The translations under genes were made by a program, and so were the position numbers. Below are positions 39,971-49,101 of a stretch of 64,000 nt of DNA, piece by piece. The stretch is from the NCBI GenBank assembly GCA_945861715.1, contig CAMAVK010000002.1, positions 10,440 to 74,439 on the forward strand, written 5' to 3'. Origin of the DNA: Candidatus Woesearchaeota archaeon. Lineage in GTDB: Archaea; Nanobdellota; Nanobdellia; Woesearchaeales; GW2011-AR9. Positions within the stretch are counted from its first letter, which is position 1; each line of letters starts with the position of its first letter. The notes below the pieces were generated by a model, which had not been told where the DNA came from, did not search any database, and saw only the letters and a list, made by a program, of their open reading frames with translations.

Positions 39971-40465
39971 TCAGTTTCCTCTTCGGATGTGATCAAATAG
40001 GTGGGTTGCACGATCTAGTTCCAAAGGCCATTTTCGTAGTGATCGTTCTCCTATTTCACTTTGAATTCTTGTTTCGATGGATAAGGCTTTGGCTAAATAT
40101 TCTTGGCTTTCTTTTTCATTGGGATCCATGAATTTTCCTGATGGGCTTAGGGTGGTATATTGTGATTGGATGGGGTTGACAGTTCCATTCGTACGGTTGT
40201 TTGGAGATGTTGCGAAATAGTGAAAATCGGTTACTGTTCTTCTTGATACCTGGGTATTATGTAGCCATTTGATGTTTAATGCCCATTTGATTGAGGAGAG
40301 AAGTGTTTGATCTATGGTTGTTAGATTTTGTGATACTATTTGTAGATCATATCTATCTGGATTGCCCCACATATATACTTCTCTTGTGGCGTATCGGATT
40401 ACTGGAAACGGTAATCTAATTTCGGTACATTCTAAAACGTGTCGTGTCTTGAATTCTATTTCCAT
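39971..40465 (-). CDS. Hypothetical protein
   Basis: 164-aa ORF downstream of serS. Confidence 0.6.
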   Translation of the reverse strand: MEIEFKTRHVLECTEIRLPFPVIRYATREVYMWGNPDRYDLQIVSQNLTTIDQTLLSSIKWALNIKWLHNTQVSRRTVTDFHYFATSPNNRTNGTVNPIQSQYTTLSPSGKFMDPNEKESQEYLAKALSIETRIQSEIGERSLRKWPLELDRATHLFDHIRRGN

Positions 40466-40489
40466 TTTGGTCTGTTAAAGGGAGGGTTT

Positions 40490-41767
40490 TTATTTTCTTT
40501 TAATCTCCGTGATGCCGCCCATGTATGGAACTAAGACGTCTGGGATTTTGATTGTGCCGTCTTTTGTTTGATTGTTTTCCATGATGGCTACGATTGCTCG
40601 TGATGTGGCAACGACTGTACTGTTCAAAGTATGGATGTGTTTGACACCGTCTGTTGCACGATAGCGGATGTTGAGTCTGCGTGCTTGATATTCGGTGCAG
40701 TTTGAGCATGATACAACTTCGCGGTACGTGTTTTGATTTGGCATCCACGCTTCTAGGTCGTATTTTTTGGCAGCAACTATTCCGATATCACCTGTGCATT
40801 GCATGATTTGTTGGAAGTGTAGGCCGAGGCTGGTGAAGAATTCAATTGCGTTTTGAATGAGTTCTTCGTGTATTTTCCAGGAGTCTTCGGGTTTACAGAG
40901 TACGACTTGTTCAACTTTTGTGAATTGGTGACCGCGAAAGATACCTTTGGTATCTTTTCCGTGGGAACCTGCTTCTTTTCTAAAGTTTGTTGAGAGTCCA
41001 ACAAGTTTTAATGGGAGGTCTTTTTCTTCGAATACTTCTCCCATATGCATTGCGGTGAGGGGGTGTTCAGCAGTTGCAATTGGATGAAGGTCTTCTCCTT
41101 CGATTTTGTAGAGTACTTCTTCGAAGTCGCCCAGTGAGGTGACACCTTGGTATGGCTCGTTTCTCATCATATATGGTGGGATGACAAATGTGAAGCCTTT
41201 TTTGCGCATGAAGTCGATACCATATTGTTGTAAAGCTAAGTCGAGAAGAGCAGCTTCTTCTTTTAAGAACCAAAATCTGGCTCCACTGATTTTTGCTGCA
41301 CGTTCGATATCTGCGAGATTGAGTTCTGCTAAGAGGTCTACGTGACTTTTTAATGGGAAGTTGTATGTTTTTGGTGTTCCAAACTTTTTCACGACGACGT
41401 TTTGCTCGTCAGATTCTCCGTATGGTACGGATTCATGAAGTAGGTTTGGAAGTGCATACATGATTTTGTTTATTTTTTCATCTAACTCTGCGAGGGAGAG
41501 TTCTTTTGCTGCCATTAACTTTGGCACTTCAGCCGCTTCTTTTAGGATAGCGGATGCGTCTTGACCTTTTTTCTTGGCTTCGGAAATTTGTAATGAAAGG
41601 GAGTTTCGTTTTGCTCGCAAGGCATCGACTTCTTTTTTAGTGATGAGCCACTCTTTGTCTACTTGTAAGGCTTCTTCAAAGAGAGCGAGTTTAGCAGTGT
41701 CACGGCGTTTTTCGAGGTCTTTTCGAATTACCTCAGGTGTTGTTCGTAGGATTTTGATGTCTAACAT
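40490..41767 (-). CDS. serS: Serine--tRNA ligase
   Basis: MLDIK..R, N-terminal coiled arm, ATAEHPL, FRKEAGSHGKDTKGIFRGHQF, EVVSCSNCT.YQARRL, HTLNST. Confidence 0.97.
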   Translation of the reverse strand: MLDIKILRTTPEVIRKDLEKRRDTAKLALFEEALQVDKEWLITKKEVDALRAKRNSLSLQISEAKKKGQDASAILKEAAEVPKLMAAKELSLAELDEKINKIMYALPNLLHESVPYGESDEQNVVVKKFGTPKTYNFPLKSHVDLLAELNLADIERAAKISGARFWFLKEEAALLDLALQQYGIDFMRKKGFTFVIPPYMMRNEPYQGVTSLGDFEEVLYKIEGEDLHPIATAEHPLTAMHMGEVFEEKDLPLKLVGLSTNFRKEAGSHGKDTKGIFRGHQFTKVEQVVLCKPEDSWKIHEELIQNAIEFFTSLGLHFQQIMQCTGDIGIVAAKKYDLEAWMPNQNTYREVVSCSNCTEYQARRLNIRYRATDGVKHIHTLNSTVVATSRAIVAIMENNQTKDGTIKIPDVLVPYMGGITEIKRK

Positions 41768-41879
41768 ATTAGTTTTTGATTTCGTGATTGTTTAAAAATG
41801 TTAGGGGGGATTTGGTATTTTTGGGAGAGTGGTTATAAAAACTTATATAAAGGGTGGAATCTCTCTTTTGAGTTGATAG

Positions 41880-43445
41880 ATGATGAATAAGGTTTCGAAA
41901 AGGTTTGTACTATTAGTGACAATGTTCTCTCTTTTATGTTTTGCTTCTGGCGTTTTTGCTGATATAGAGTATGGTTATGATTGTTATGCCAATGATCAGT
42001 GTATTTTTGTTTTGGGAAATCCTACTGCATATTGTAGTGATAGTAGTTTTACCTGTTTTATTCCTGATGTGGCTGCTGCTCCAGCAGGGGCAGTTCCCGT
42101 GGTTGGTGTTATTCCTGTTGAGTCTGGGGTAGAACCATTAATTCCTGGAGTAAATGTTCCGGTTGTTGTTGCACCTTCTATTAATAATGATCAATTGGTA
42201 CAATTGCAACTTACTCTTCAACTTCTCCAAGAGCAATCTTCTACTGTGGAAGAACGCTTAGCTGCTATTGAATCCGGTACAGTTACTTTATCACAAGGTT
42301 ATCAAGGTTTACAATCTCAATTAGGACAACTTCAAACATTGGTATCTTTGTTGCAATCTCGAATTGATGTGTTAGAAAAAGAGCAAGTTAGTTCTAAACA
42401 GGCCATTAAGGAAGAAGTACGGGGCGTTGCAACTGGTCTTGCTACCTTGCAAACCAAAGTTGATACTACTAAAGATGGACTTGTTGATGTGCAGGAAGAA
42501 TTAGATACTCAGTCATCTAAAACGACGTGGCTTACGGTTTTGTTTGTTGTGTTGCTTGTTGCTGGTGCTGGTATTGGGTTGTATGTTTACATGAATGCTG
42601 GGGCAGAAGAACAGGGCGAGGAAGTTGATGATCAAATTTTGAAATATATTACTAAACATATCAAAGCAGGTAAAAAATTTCCTCAAGTGAAAGAAGCACT
42701 TCTTAAAGCGGGGTGGGCGGAATCTGATATTAATTGGGCATATAAGGAAACATTGAAGAAAAATTATCAATCTTATTTAGCAAAGGGCGTTCAATCTGAT
42801 GAATCTACTTCTACAAGCAGTTTTGCTGCCTCAAATAAAGTTGTTGAAAATGTAGTTGCAGCAGGTAGTGCAGGTGTGCGAAGTAGCGCTGATAAACGTA
42901 AGGGAATGGTTATTGGTATCATTGGCTTGGTTGTTTTGATTGGTTTGATGTTCTTAGTTAAGAGTGTTGGTATTGGTCATGCTATTTATTTTCAAAATCA
43001 AGAAGATTTGAGTAAAGGTGTTCATGATGCTCTTACAGGGAAAATTGGGTCTAACCCATTTTATTCTAAGTTAGATTATTTAACAATGTGTGTTCAGGTT
43101 CTAGATTCAGATAAAGCGGTTTCATATAAGGTTACTAAGACTCCGTTTGGTCATGAGATTGAGGAAGCATCTCTACCTTGTGATCAAGATATTAAGTATG
43201 ATGTTTCTTTTAAGTTTAAGACATTTGATTCATTTGATTTAGCTGCACAAGATTTTAGTTGTGAAAATGTGCGAAAATTGCATAGAGAAGCTGGTGATGG
43301 TTCTCGAAGTGTGGTGGCGTTACCTAGTCGTTTGGTTATGCCTGGTTTTGTGAAGAATCCTACTACTAATTATCAGCCGTTTTGTTCAGTTATTGAAGAA
43401 TGTTTAACTGATGCTGAACGAGGAGTTTTAGGTGTTGCTTGTTAG
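41880..43445 (+). CDS. Membrane-anchored protein: signal peptide, Cys-rich head, coiled coil, two TMs and outer domain
   Basis: Signal peptide; CYANDQC..CSDSSFTC; long heptad stretch; cytoplasmic YI..G....VK..LL..GW motif. Confidence 0.78.
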   Translation: MMNKVSKRFVLLVTMFSLLCFASGVFADIEYGYDCYANDQCIFVLGNPTAYCSDSSFTCFIPDVAAAPAGAVPVVGVIPVESGVEPLIPGVNVPVVVAPSINNDQLVQLQLTLQLLQEQSSTVEERLAAIESGTVTLSQGYQGLQSQLGQLQTLVSLLQSRIDVLEKEQVSSKQAIKEEVRGVATGLATLQTKVDTTKDGLVDVQEELDTQSSKTTWLTVLFVVLLVAGAGIGLYVYMNAGAEEQGEEVDDQILKYITKHIKAGKKFPQVKEALLKAGWAESDINWAYKETLKKNYQSYLAKGVQSDESTSTSSFAASNKVVENVVAAGSAGVRSSADKRKGMVIGIIGLVVLIGLMFLVKSVGIGHAIYFQNQEDLSKGVHDALTGKIGSNPFYSKLDYLTMCVQVLDSDKAVSYKVTKTPFGHEIEEASLPCDQDIKYDVSFKFKTFDSFDLAAQDFSCENVRKLHREAGDGSRSVVALPSRLVMPGFVKNPTTNYQPFCSVIEECLTDAERGVLGVAC

Positions 43446-43566
43446 GGTTCTCGATGTTTTTTGATGATGAGTTAATCACAAAGATTAAAGTGAACTTGCA
43501 TAAATTGTGTTTTTATGGCAAAGTTTTCTAAAGTAGAAAAAAATAGATTAAATTGAATATTAGCTA

Positions 43567-43842
43567 TTAGAATTTTATTTTTCCAGCGTTATATCGTCCT
43601 TCACAAAGTATTTTGTCAGCTACTTTACGGGCGTATTCAAGAGCTTCTCCATGTGATGTAAGTGGACTTAGAGCGTATTGTTTTTTTTGGCTATTCATTA
43701 CCATTGATTGTGGATTGATTGGACTTGTTGGGCCTTCGATTCTTCTTTCGAGTTCACTTGGGGCTTGTACTCGCGAATTTGTGCGTTGACTTACCACATA
43801 TGGTTTTCGAGCGTTGTATGCGTCTTCTATATTAAATGTCAT
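43567..43842 (-). CDS. Small hypothetical protein
   Basis: 91-aa ORF with AGGAG RBS and TTTATAAA upstream. Confidence 0.6.
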   Translation of the reverse strand: MTFNIEDAYNARKPYVVSQRTNSRVQAPSELERRIEGPTSPINPQSMVMNSQKKQYALSPLTSHGEALEYARKVADKILCEGRYNAGKIKF

Positions 43843-43941
43843 TTTGTTCTCCTGTTTGAAAAGTGGTTTTGGTCAAGAGGGAGGTTTATAAAAGTTTCGT
43901 GTTTTAATATGAATTGGCTTATTTTGGGAGAGAAAAATATG

Positions 43942-44649
43942 TTAAGCTTGCTTTGTACTTTGAATTATCTCATAATCTGATTTTCTGGGTATTGCTCCGG
44001 TTGTTTTGGTGATAATCCATTCTAGGACACGATAAAAGTGAATTTTTTTGGTTATGCTGTTGGTCCAGCCATTGGTGATTGCATAATGATGTTCAAAGGG
44101 AGTGGTGTGATGAATGGTGTGGTGGTTTTTTGGGAGAATGATTTTTGATTTTTGGAGTAGTTCGATGAATTTTGGAGGATTTTCCATGTGTGCCCATTTA
44201 TGAAATTGGTTCGTTCCAAAGCCAAATATGGCGGTTGATAGGAAAGTGAGGGTCAATGTATTGGCCACTGAACTTTGGTATGTATGATGAAACCAGAGGG
44301 CGAGAAGTATGAATGGTAAACTGAAGATACTGTTGGTTCCGTTGGTTTCAATAAAGTCGTGTTGGGTAATTGCTTTTTGGTTTGTGTGGTGTTCTCTAAA
44401 AGGTCGTATTAGGGCGTTGCCCACTATTGGCCATGTGGGTGTTCCCCAGGTATCCCCTGCCCAATGTATTATTCCAGTTGCAAGGTCTGCGAGGATCATG
44501 CCCGCTATTATTGCTGTTATAGTTATGAATGGGTTTTGAGTGATAAAAGGGAAGAGAAGATAGAGTGTGTATCCTAATAGTGCAAGATATACTACTATGG
44601 TAATTGCTTCTATTTTCCGTTGTGTTTGATTGTACTGGTTTAGTTCCAT
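43942..44649 (-). CDS. CarF/TMEM189/FAD4 (Kua-domain) family lipid desaturase
   Basis: ADLATGIIHWAGDTWG, IRPFREHH...AITQHDFIETNG, NQFHKWAH, LQKSKIIL..HHTIHH.PF...YAITNGWTN; TM segments. Confidence 0.9.
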   Translation of the reverse strand: MELNQYNQTQRKIEAITIVVYLALLGYTLYLLFPFITQNPFITITAIIAGMILADLATGIIHWAGDTWGTPTWPIVGNALIRPFREHHTNQKAITQHDFIETNGTNSIFSLPFILLALWFHHTYQSSVANTLTLTFLSTAIFGFGTNQFHKWAHMENPPKFIELLQKSKIILPKNHHTIHHTTPFEHHYAITNGWTNSITKKIHFYRVLEWIITKTTGAIPRKSDYEIIQSTKQA

Positions 44650-44764
44650 TTTAGTGTTGGTAGTTAGAAGATTCTACTCTTTTTTTTAAATTATTTGTCT
44701 TTTAATATGTTTTTGGTTGTGTTTTAGATTTCTTTTAGGAATGTTTTTTAAGAGGTTGGACTAT

Positions 44765-44932
44765 ATATTGAAATAACGATATTGAAATAACGGAATAATC
44801 ATTCTTAATTGTTCGTTCTATCAGATACAAGAAATGAAAAAACTATTTCATTTCTGTACAGAAAATAACTTACGGGTTATTTTCTTGTAATACTGTGCGG
44901 CTAAAAGTACGAAAATATAGGACGCACAGTAT
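44765..44932. other. Intergenic structured element: 14-bp tandem repeat followed by three 10-bp-stem hairpins
   Basis: ATATTGAAATAACG x2 (44765-44792); stems 44830-39/44846-55, 44860-69/44876-85, 44890-99/44923-32. Confidence 0.65.
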
Positions 44933-44968
44933 AGAATACTTTAAATACCTCTAAATAATTGTTTTTGT

Positions 44969-46189
44969 ATGGTAGATTCGAGTTCTCAAAAACAATATAC
45001 AAAATGTAGTAGGGGTCAGGCTGCAGGTGCTGCGGTTCTTGTGGCAATTATTGCTGGTCTTTTGATCATGTTTATTATAATGATTCCTCCGTCAGAGAGA
45101 GCGAAAATTCTGGGGGACCCTGTTCCTGGTTCTTCGGCTAACGGAGGTGGGGTAGTTCCTGTTGGAGCTATTTCTACTCTTCTTATACAACATCCGGGTA
45201 GAATTGATTATTTGGTGCAAAAAGAGATTGAACATCCACTTCCCGTTATTAATATTCAAACCACAGAAGAGGCAGGTATTATTTCTGAGAAGAGTGTTGT
45301 TTCATCAAAGAGAGGAATATTATCTGAGAAGTCATCGGAATTTTCGTTTCCTGTTATAAGTCCAGCTGATGTTCGTAATCCATTGCTCACTTTTCGAGTT
45401 ACTGAGCAAGTTGGAGATCTTCATGTTATAATGAATGGTGAAGAAATTTATAGTGGTCCTGCAGGTGGAAGTCAAATGCGTCCGGTGATTATTCCTTCTG
45501 GTTTGCTTCATACAGACAATACGATTATCTTTAAGGTGTCAAGCCCTGGTCTTGCATTTTGGAGAACAAACTCGTTTGTTGCTGAGAATGTAAAAGTGGT
45601 TGCTGATACCTTAAATCGTGAGGCACAAGTTGCTCGCCATGTATTTCTAGTATCTGAGACTGAGAAACAAAATTTGGAACGTGTGCAACTTAAATTTCAT
45701 CCTGAATGCCGCTATGGCGAAGCTGGGTCTCTTCATATTTTGTTGAATAATAAGGAAGTATATAGTGCTACTCCTGATTGTGAGTTGTCGCTTGTTCCTA
45801 TTGAACTGGCTGCAAGCGATTTATTTACGGGAGAGAATCGAATTGAATTTAAAACTGATAAAGGTACCTACTTGTTATCTGCTGTTACCATTGTTTCTAA
45901 ATTGAAAGAGGTTAGTTATCCTACTTATTATTTTGAGTTGTCAGAGGAACAATATGATGCAATTAAATCTCATAAGAATGATTTGAAAATTACTGTGGCG
46001 TTTACCGATGTTACTGATGTTCGTGAGGGTCAAATTATTTTTAATGGGGTTAATCGTGATTTTAGTACCCGTAGTCCAACAGTAGCTTTGGATGTTGGGG
46101 CTGATATTGAGAAAGGATCGAATTCGGTTGTTATTAAACCTCGACGTACTTTAGATGTTCGAGAAATTCGAGCAGATATTGTGAATTAG
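44969..46189 (+). CDS. Exported beta-rich protein with class III (type IV pilin-like) signal peptide
   Basis: SRG^QAAGAAVLVAIIAGLLIMFIIMI matches the archaeal [KR]G^Q + hydrophobic helix pattern. Confidence 0.7.
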   Translation: MVDSSSQKQYTKCSRGQAAGAAVLVAIIAGLLIMFIIMIPPSERAKILGDPVPGSSANGGGVVPVGAISTLLIQHPGRIDYLVQKEIEHPLPVINIQTTEEAGIISEKSVVSSKRGILSEKSSEFSFPVISPADVRNPLLTFRVTEQVGDLHVIMNGEEIYSGPAGGSQMRPVIIPSGLLHTDNTIIFKVSSPGLAFWRTNSFVAENVKVVADTLNREAQVARHVFLVSETEKQNLERVQLKFHPECRYGEAGSLHILLNNKEVYSATPDCELSLVPIELAASDLFTGENRIEFKTDKGTYLLSAVTIVSKLKEVSYPTYYFELSEEQYDAIKSHKNDLKITVAFTDVTDVREGQIIFNGVNRDFSTRSPTVALDVGADIEKGSNSVVIKPRRTLDVREIRADIVN

Positions 46190-46309
46190 GTTTTTTTGTT
46201 TGGTTGTTTTTCATTCTTCTTTTTTTTGATTATTAGGGATTTTTGAGGTTAAATAGAAGTTGGTTTTCCGATAGGTTTTTAATGTCTATTTTCTTGTCTA
46301 TGTATTGAG

Positions 46310-48175
46310 ATGGTAGATAGTCCAGATGCGAAAATTGTTAAAGAAAAGAGTTCTCCTAGTCCGTCTAGTTCGCCTGTACCCGTTAACAGTCCTGGTGTCG
46401 CAAGTGGTGCCGCGTGGGCTGCTGGTACTAAATTATTCGATGCGGTTGAAGATCCTGGATTTTGGTTGTTTATTTTTGGTTTGTTGACGTTCTGGTTAAG
46501 TTCATTTGATCCGCTCATTGCGGTTATGATTGGTTGTTTTTTTATGTTTTATACCACTCTTTTTATTTTTAAAGGACGAGGGCTCATTTTGGTGCTGGCG
46601 TTTTTTATTTTGTATGTTTATTTTGGTGGTCGGTTTAGTTTGGAGTCGATTTATACAGTTATTTTGCCCGCGGTTTTAATTGGTTTACTGCTCCGTGGAT
46701 TGTTGTCAAAATATAGTTCAGGTGGAGAAGGGTTTACGGCAGGAGTTGGGGGAGAGGTTTTTGGTTTAATTCCTATATTGTTCTTTTTCTTGGATATAGG
46801 GTTGATAGAATTTTTGAAGTTTTCTTATGGAATTGAGTTGCCAATCTTAGCGCAAAATATATTGTTTTTTACTCCATGGTGGGCTTATTTGGGATTATTT
46901 AACACGAAGAAAACGAATGCGTTTATTTCTTTTGTTAAGGTTTTGAGTATGGTGTGGATTTTTGTGGTTATTTTTATGTTGACTCCAATGGGTGCGTATG
47001 GTTCACAATATTTACCTGGGGCTGAGAAATTACTCTCTGCTAAGACGGATTTTCGTGCTGAGGCTCAAAGTGAGAATCAATTCAAAAGTTTAGGGTATTG
47101 TATTATAAACGGAAAATTGGTTGATGGTCTTCAAGATTGCATTCAAATTCGACAGAGAGAATCGAAATGGGAAGAGATTTGTAAGCGGGAACAGCCTGAT
47201 GATGTGAGTCGGTGTGTTTCTGAGCAGAAAAAACGTTTTGAGCAGGGTAGTGAAGTTCAGGGTACGGTTGACACTGAGTTATCATTATTTACTACCGGAA
47301 CGATAACTATTGATGATACGACGTTTCCCAAGCAAGTGCGAGCTCTTGTGGGAGATAGTTCTACACAACGACAGTATGTTGCGTATCTTAAGTTGAGTAA
47401 TCCCTTTGCCCAATCTCTTACAGTTCGTGGTAGTTGTTCATTTAAACAATCTCGTGATGTGGTTGTGGGAGAATTTTTGTTGGGTGGAAGTACAGATTCT
47501 CGTACGGTTGCTAGTAAGGAAATTGAAGTTCCATTATCATGCACTCCTGCTTCTGGGGCTATTCTTAATGGGGCATATACGTTAAGTTTTAATGTTATCA
47601 TCGAAAATCTTCATACCACGTCGTATTTGAAGCGAGCATTTATTCATGAGGGGTATACGCCTGAACAAATTGCACAGATTCGGGCTAAGATTATGAGTAC
47701 AGAGTTTTCATCGAGTGCAGATTATGTTTCTAAAGCTCCTAAAGAGTTTGCTAGGTTAAATTTTGGTATGGGTTCAACGGAAAAGGATCCAGTTGTTGTT
47801 CCTGGTGATGCACTTATTTTTGTATCGAGTATTGAGAGTATTAATGGAGCCGGTGTTAAGGGGAAATTAGAGAAGGTTCGCTCTTATACTTTTAATTTGG
47901 TGGATAAGGGTTTTGGCGTAACTAATAGTGGAGCTGAAACTTGCTTGCAAGGTGCCTCTATTTTAGTATGGCCTGGTCAAACGCAACCTCTTACATCGTG
48001 TTTTTTGAGTCTGCCTTCTCAATATACTGATTTTTCGCAACCGTATATTGTTGAGACATTCCAAGGTGAGTTGGTCTATGATTATAATTTAACTAAAGAG
48101 ATTCCTATTCGAGTTGATTTAATGGATCCAACTACGATGAAACCTGTTGTTACACCATCTGGGGGGTTGAGATAA
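46310..48175 (+). CDS. Multi-TM membrane protein with large Cys-containing external domain
   Basis: About 7 hydrophobic segments followed by a beta-rich domain. Confidence 0.75.
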   Translation: MVDSPDAKIVKEKSSPSPSSSPVPVNSPGVASGAAWAAGTKLFDAVEDPGFWLFIFGLLTFWLSSFDPLIAVMIGCFFMFYTTLFIFKGRGLILVLAFFILYVYFGGRFSLESIYTVILPAVLIGLLLRGLLSKYSSGGEGFTAGVGGEVFGLIPILFFFLDIGLIEFLKFSYGIELPILAQNILFFTPWWAYLGLFNTKKTNAFISFVKVLSMVWIFVVIFMLTPMGAYGSQYLPGAEKLLSAKTDFRAEAQSENQFKSLGYCIINGKLVDGLQDCIQIRQRESKWEEICKREQPDDVSRCVSEQKKRFEQGSEVQGTVDTELSLFTTGTITIDDTTFPKQVRALVGDSSTQRQYVAYLKLSNPFAQSLTVRGSCSFKQSRDVVVGEFLLGGSTDSRTVASKEIEVPLSCTPASGAILNGAYTLSFNVIIENLHTTSYLKRAFIHEGYTPEQIAQIRAKIMSTEFSSSADYVSKAPKEFARLNFGMGSTEKDPVVVPGDALIFVSSIESINGAGVKGKLEKVRSYTFNLVDKGFGVTNSGAETCLQGASILVWPGQTQPLTSCFLSLPSQYTDFSQPYIVETFQGELVYDYNLTKEIPIRVDLMDPTTMKPVVTPSGGLR

Positions 48176-49101
48176 TGAGTCTCGCAATTAATCAATTTGA
48201 ACATAGAATAGTGCATACATTGTTAATGGGATTTGTTTTGGTGTTGATTTTACTTGTGATTTCAGGGTGTAGTTCAGGAAATGATAATGGAATATTGGTC
48301 AATTTTAAATCAGGCATTTCAGAGATTCAAATTACTGATGATTCTCAATTTCCCTCTCAAGTGAGTAATACTGATTTGTTTATCGCACGTGTTGTAGTAC
48401 AAAATCGTGCAGCGTATGAATTGAGTAACGTTAAAGTTGGGCTTGTTGGATTGGATGCGGATAAAATTACTTTAGAGAACACTGAGCAAGAATTGGATAA
48501 TTTAGAAGGTCGAAGTTTAACATATCCTGAAGGAGATCGCAGAGAGGTAGTGTTTTCAGGTCAAGTGGCTACGCTGAAGTTGGCGTCGGATGATGGTAGA
48601 AAAGATGCGTACCAAGTTTATGTGAATTATGATTCCGTGGTGGAAGTTTCCGAGGATATGTGTTTGTCTGGAGCTAGTATGATTTTAGCTGATGGTGGTT
48701 GCATACCTACTGATACTCCTCGTGGTTTATCTGGTCAAGGTGCGCCTTTGGCTATTACCAATATCTATAGTCAGGCGATTGGAACAAATGGTCAGATCAG
48801 GTTTACGTTGGAAAATCGAGGACGTGGTGATGCGGTGTATGCGAATTTAAATGATGCTACTCTTGGTGGAAAACCAATTGTTTGTCAATTTCTTGCACCC
48901 TATCCCGCTCGATTTGAGTTTCAATCTAAGAAGTCAGTTGATGTATCTTGTTCGTTTGAATTACAAGAAGGAAGTAAGTCCTATCTCAGTCCATTTTATG
49001 TGAACATGCGATATGGATATCGTTTGTGGCAGGAGGAGTTGGTTACGATTCGTAAAGTGGGAGTTGGGGTTGCGCCAATTGATGAACGCTTTTTAAATTA
49101 G
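48175..49101 (+). CDS. Lipoprotein-like exported protein
   Basis: LVISGC lipobox-like motif; SGQGAPLAIT; stop/start overlap with upstream gene. Confidence 0.72.
   Translation: MSLAINQFEHRIVHTLLMGFVLVLILLVISGCSSGNDNGILVNFKSGISEIQITDDSQFPSQVSNTDLFIARVVVQNRAAYELSNVKVGLVGLDADKITLENTEQELDNLEGRSLTYPEGDRREVVFSGQVATLKLASDDGRKDAYQVYVNYDSVVEVSEDMCLSGASMILADGGCIPTDTPRGLSGQGAPLAITNIYSQAIGTNGQIRFTLENRGRGDAVYANLNDATLGGKPIVCQFLAPYPARFEFQSKKSVDVSCSFELQEGSKSYLSPFYVNMRYGYRLWQEELVTIRKVGVGVAPIDERFLN

Noticed and set aside
44765..44792. ATTGAAA-containing repeat resembling a CRISPR repeat end
   Set aside because: Only 14 bp, two adjacent copies, no spacers
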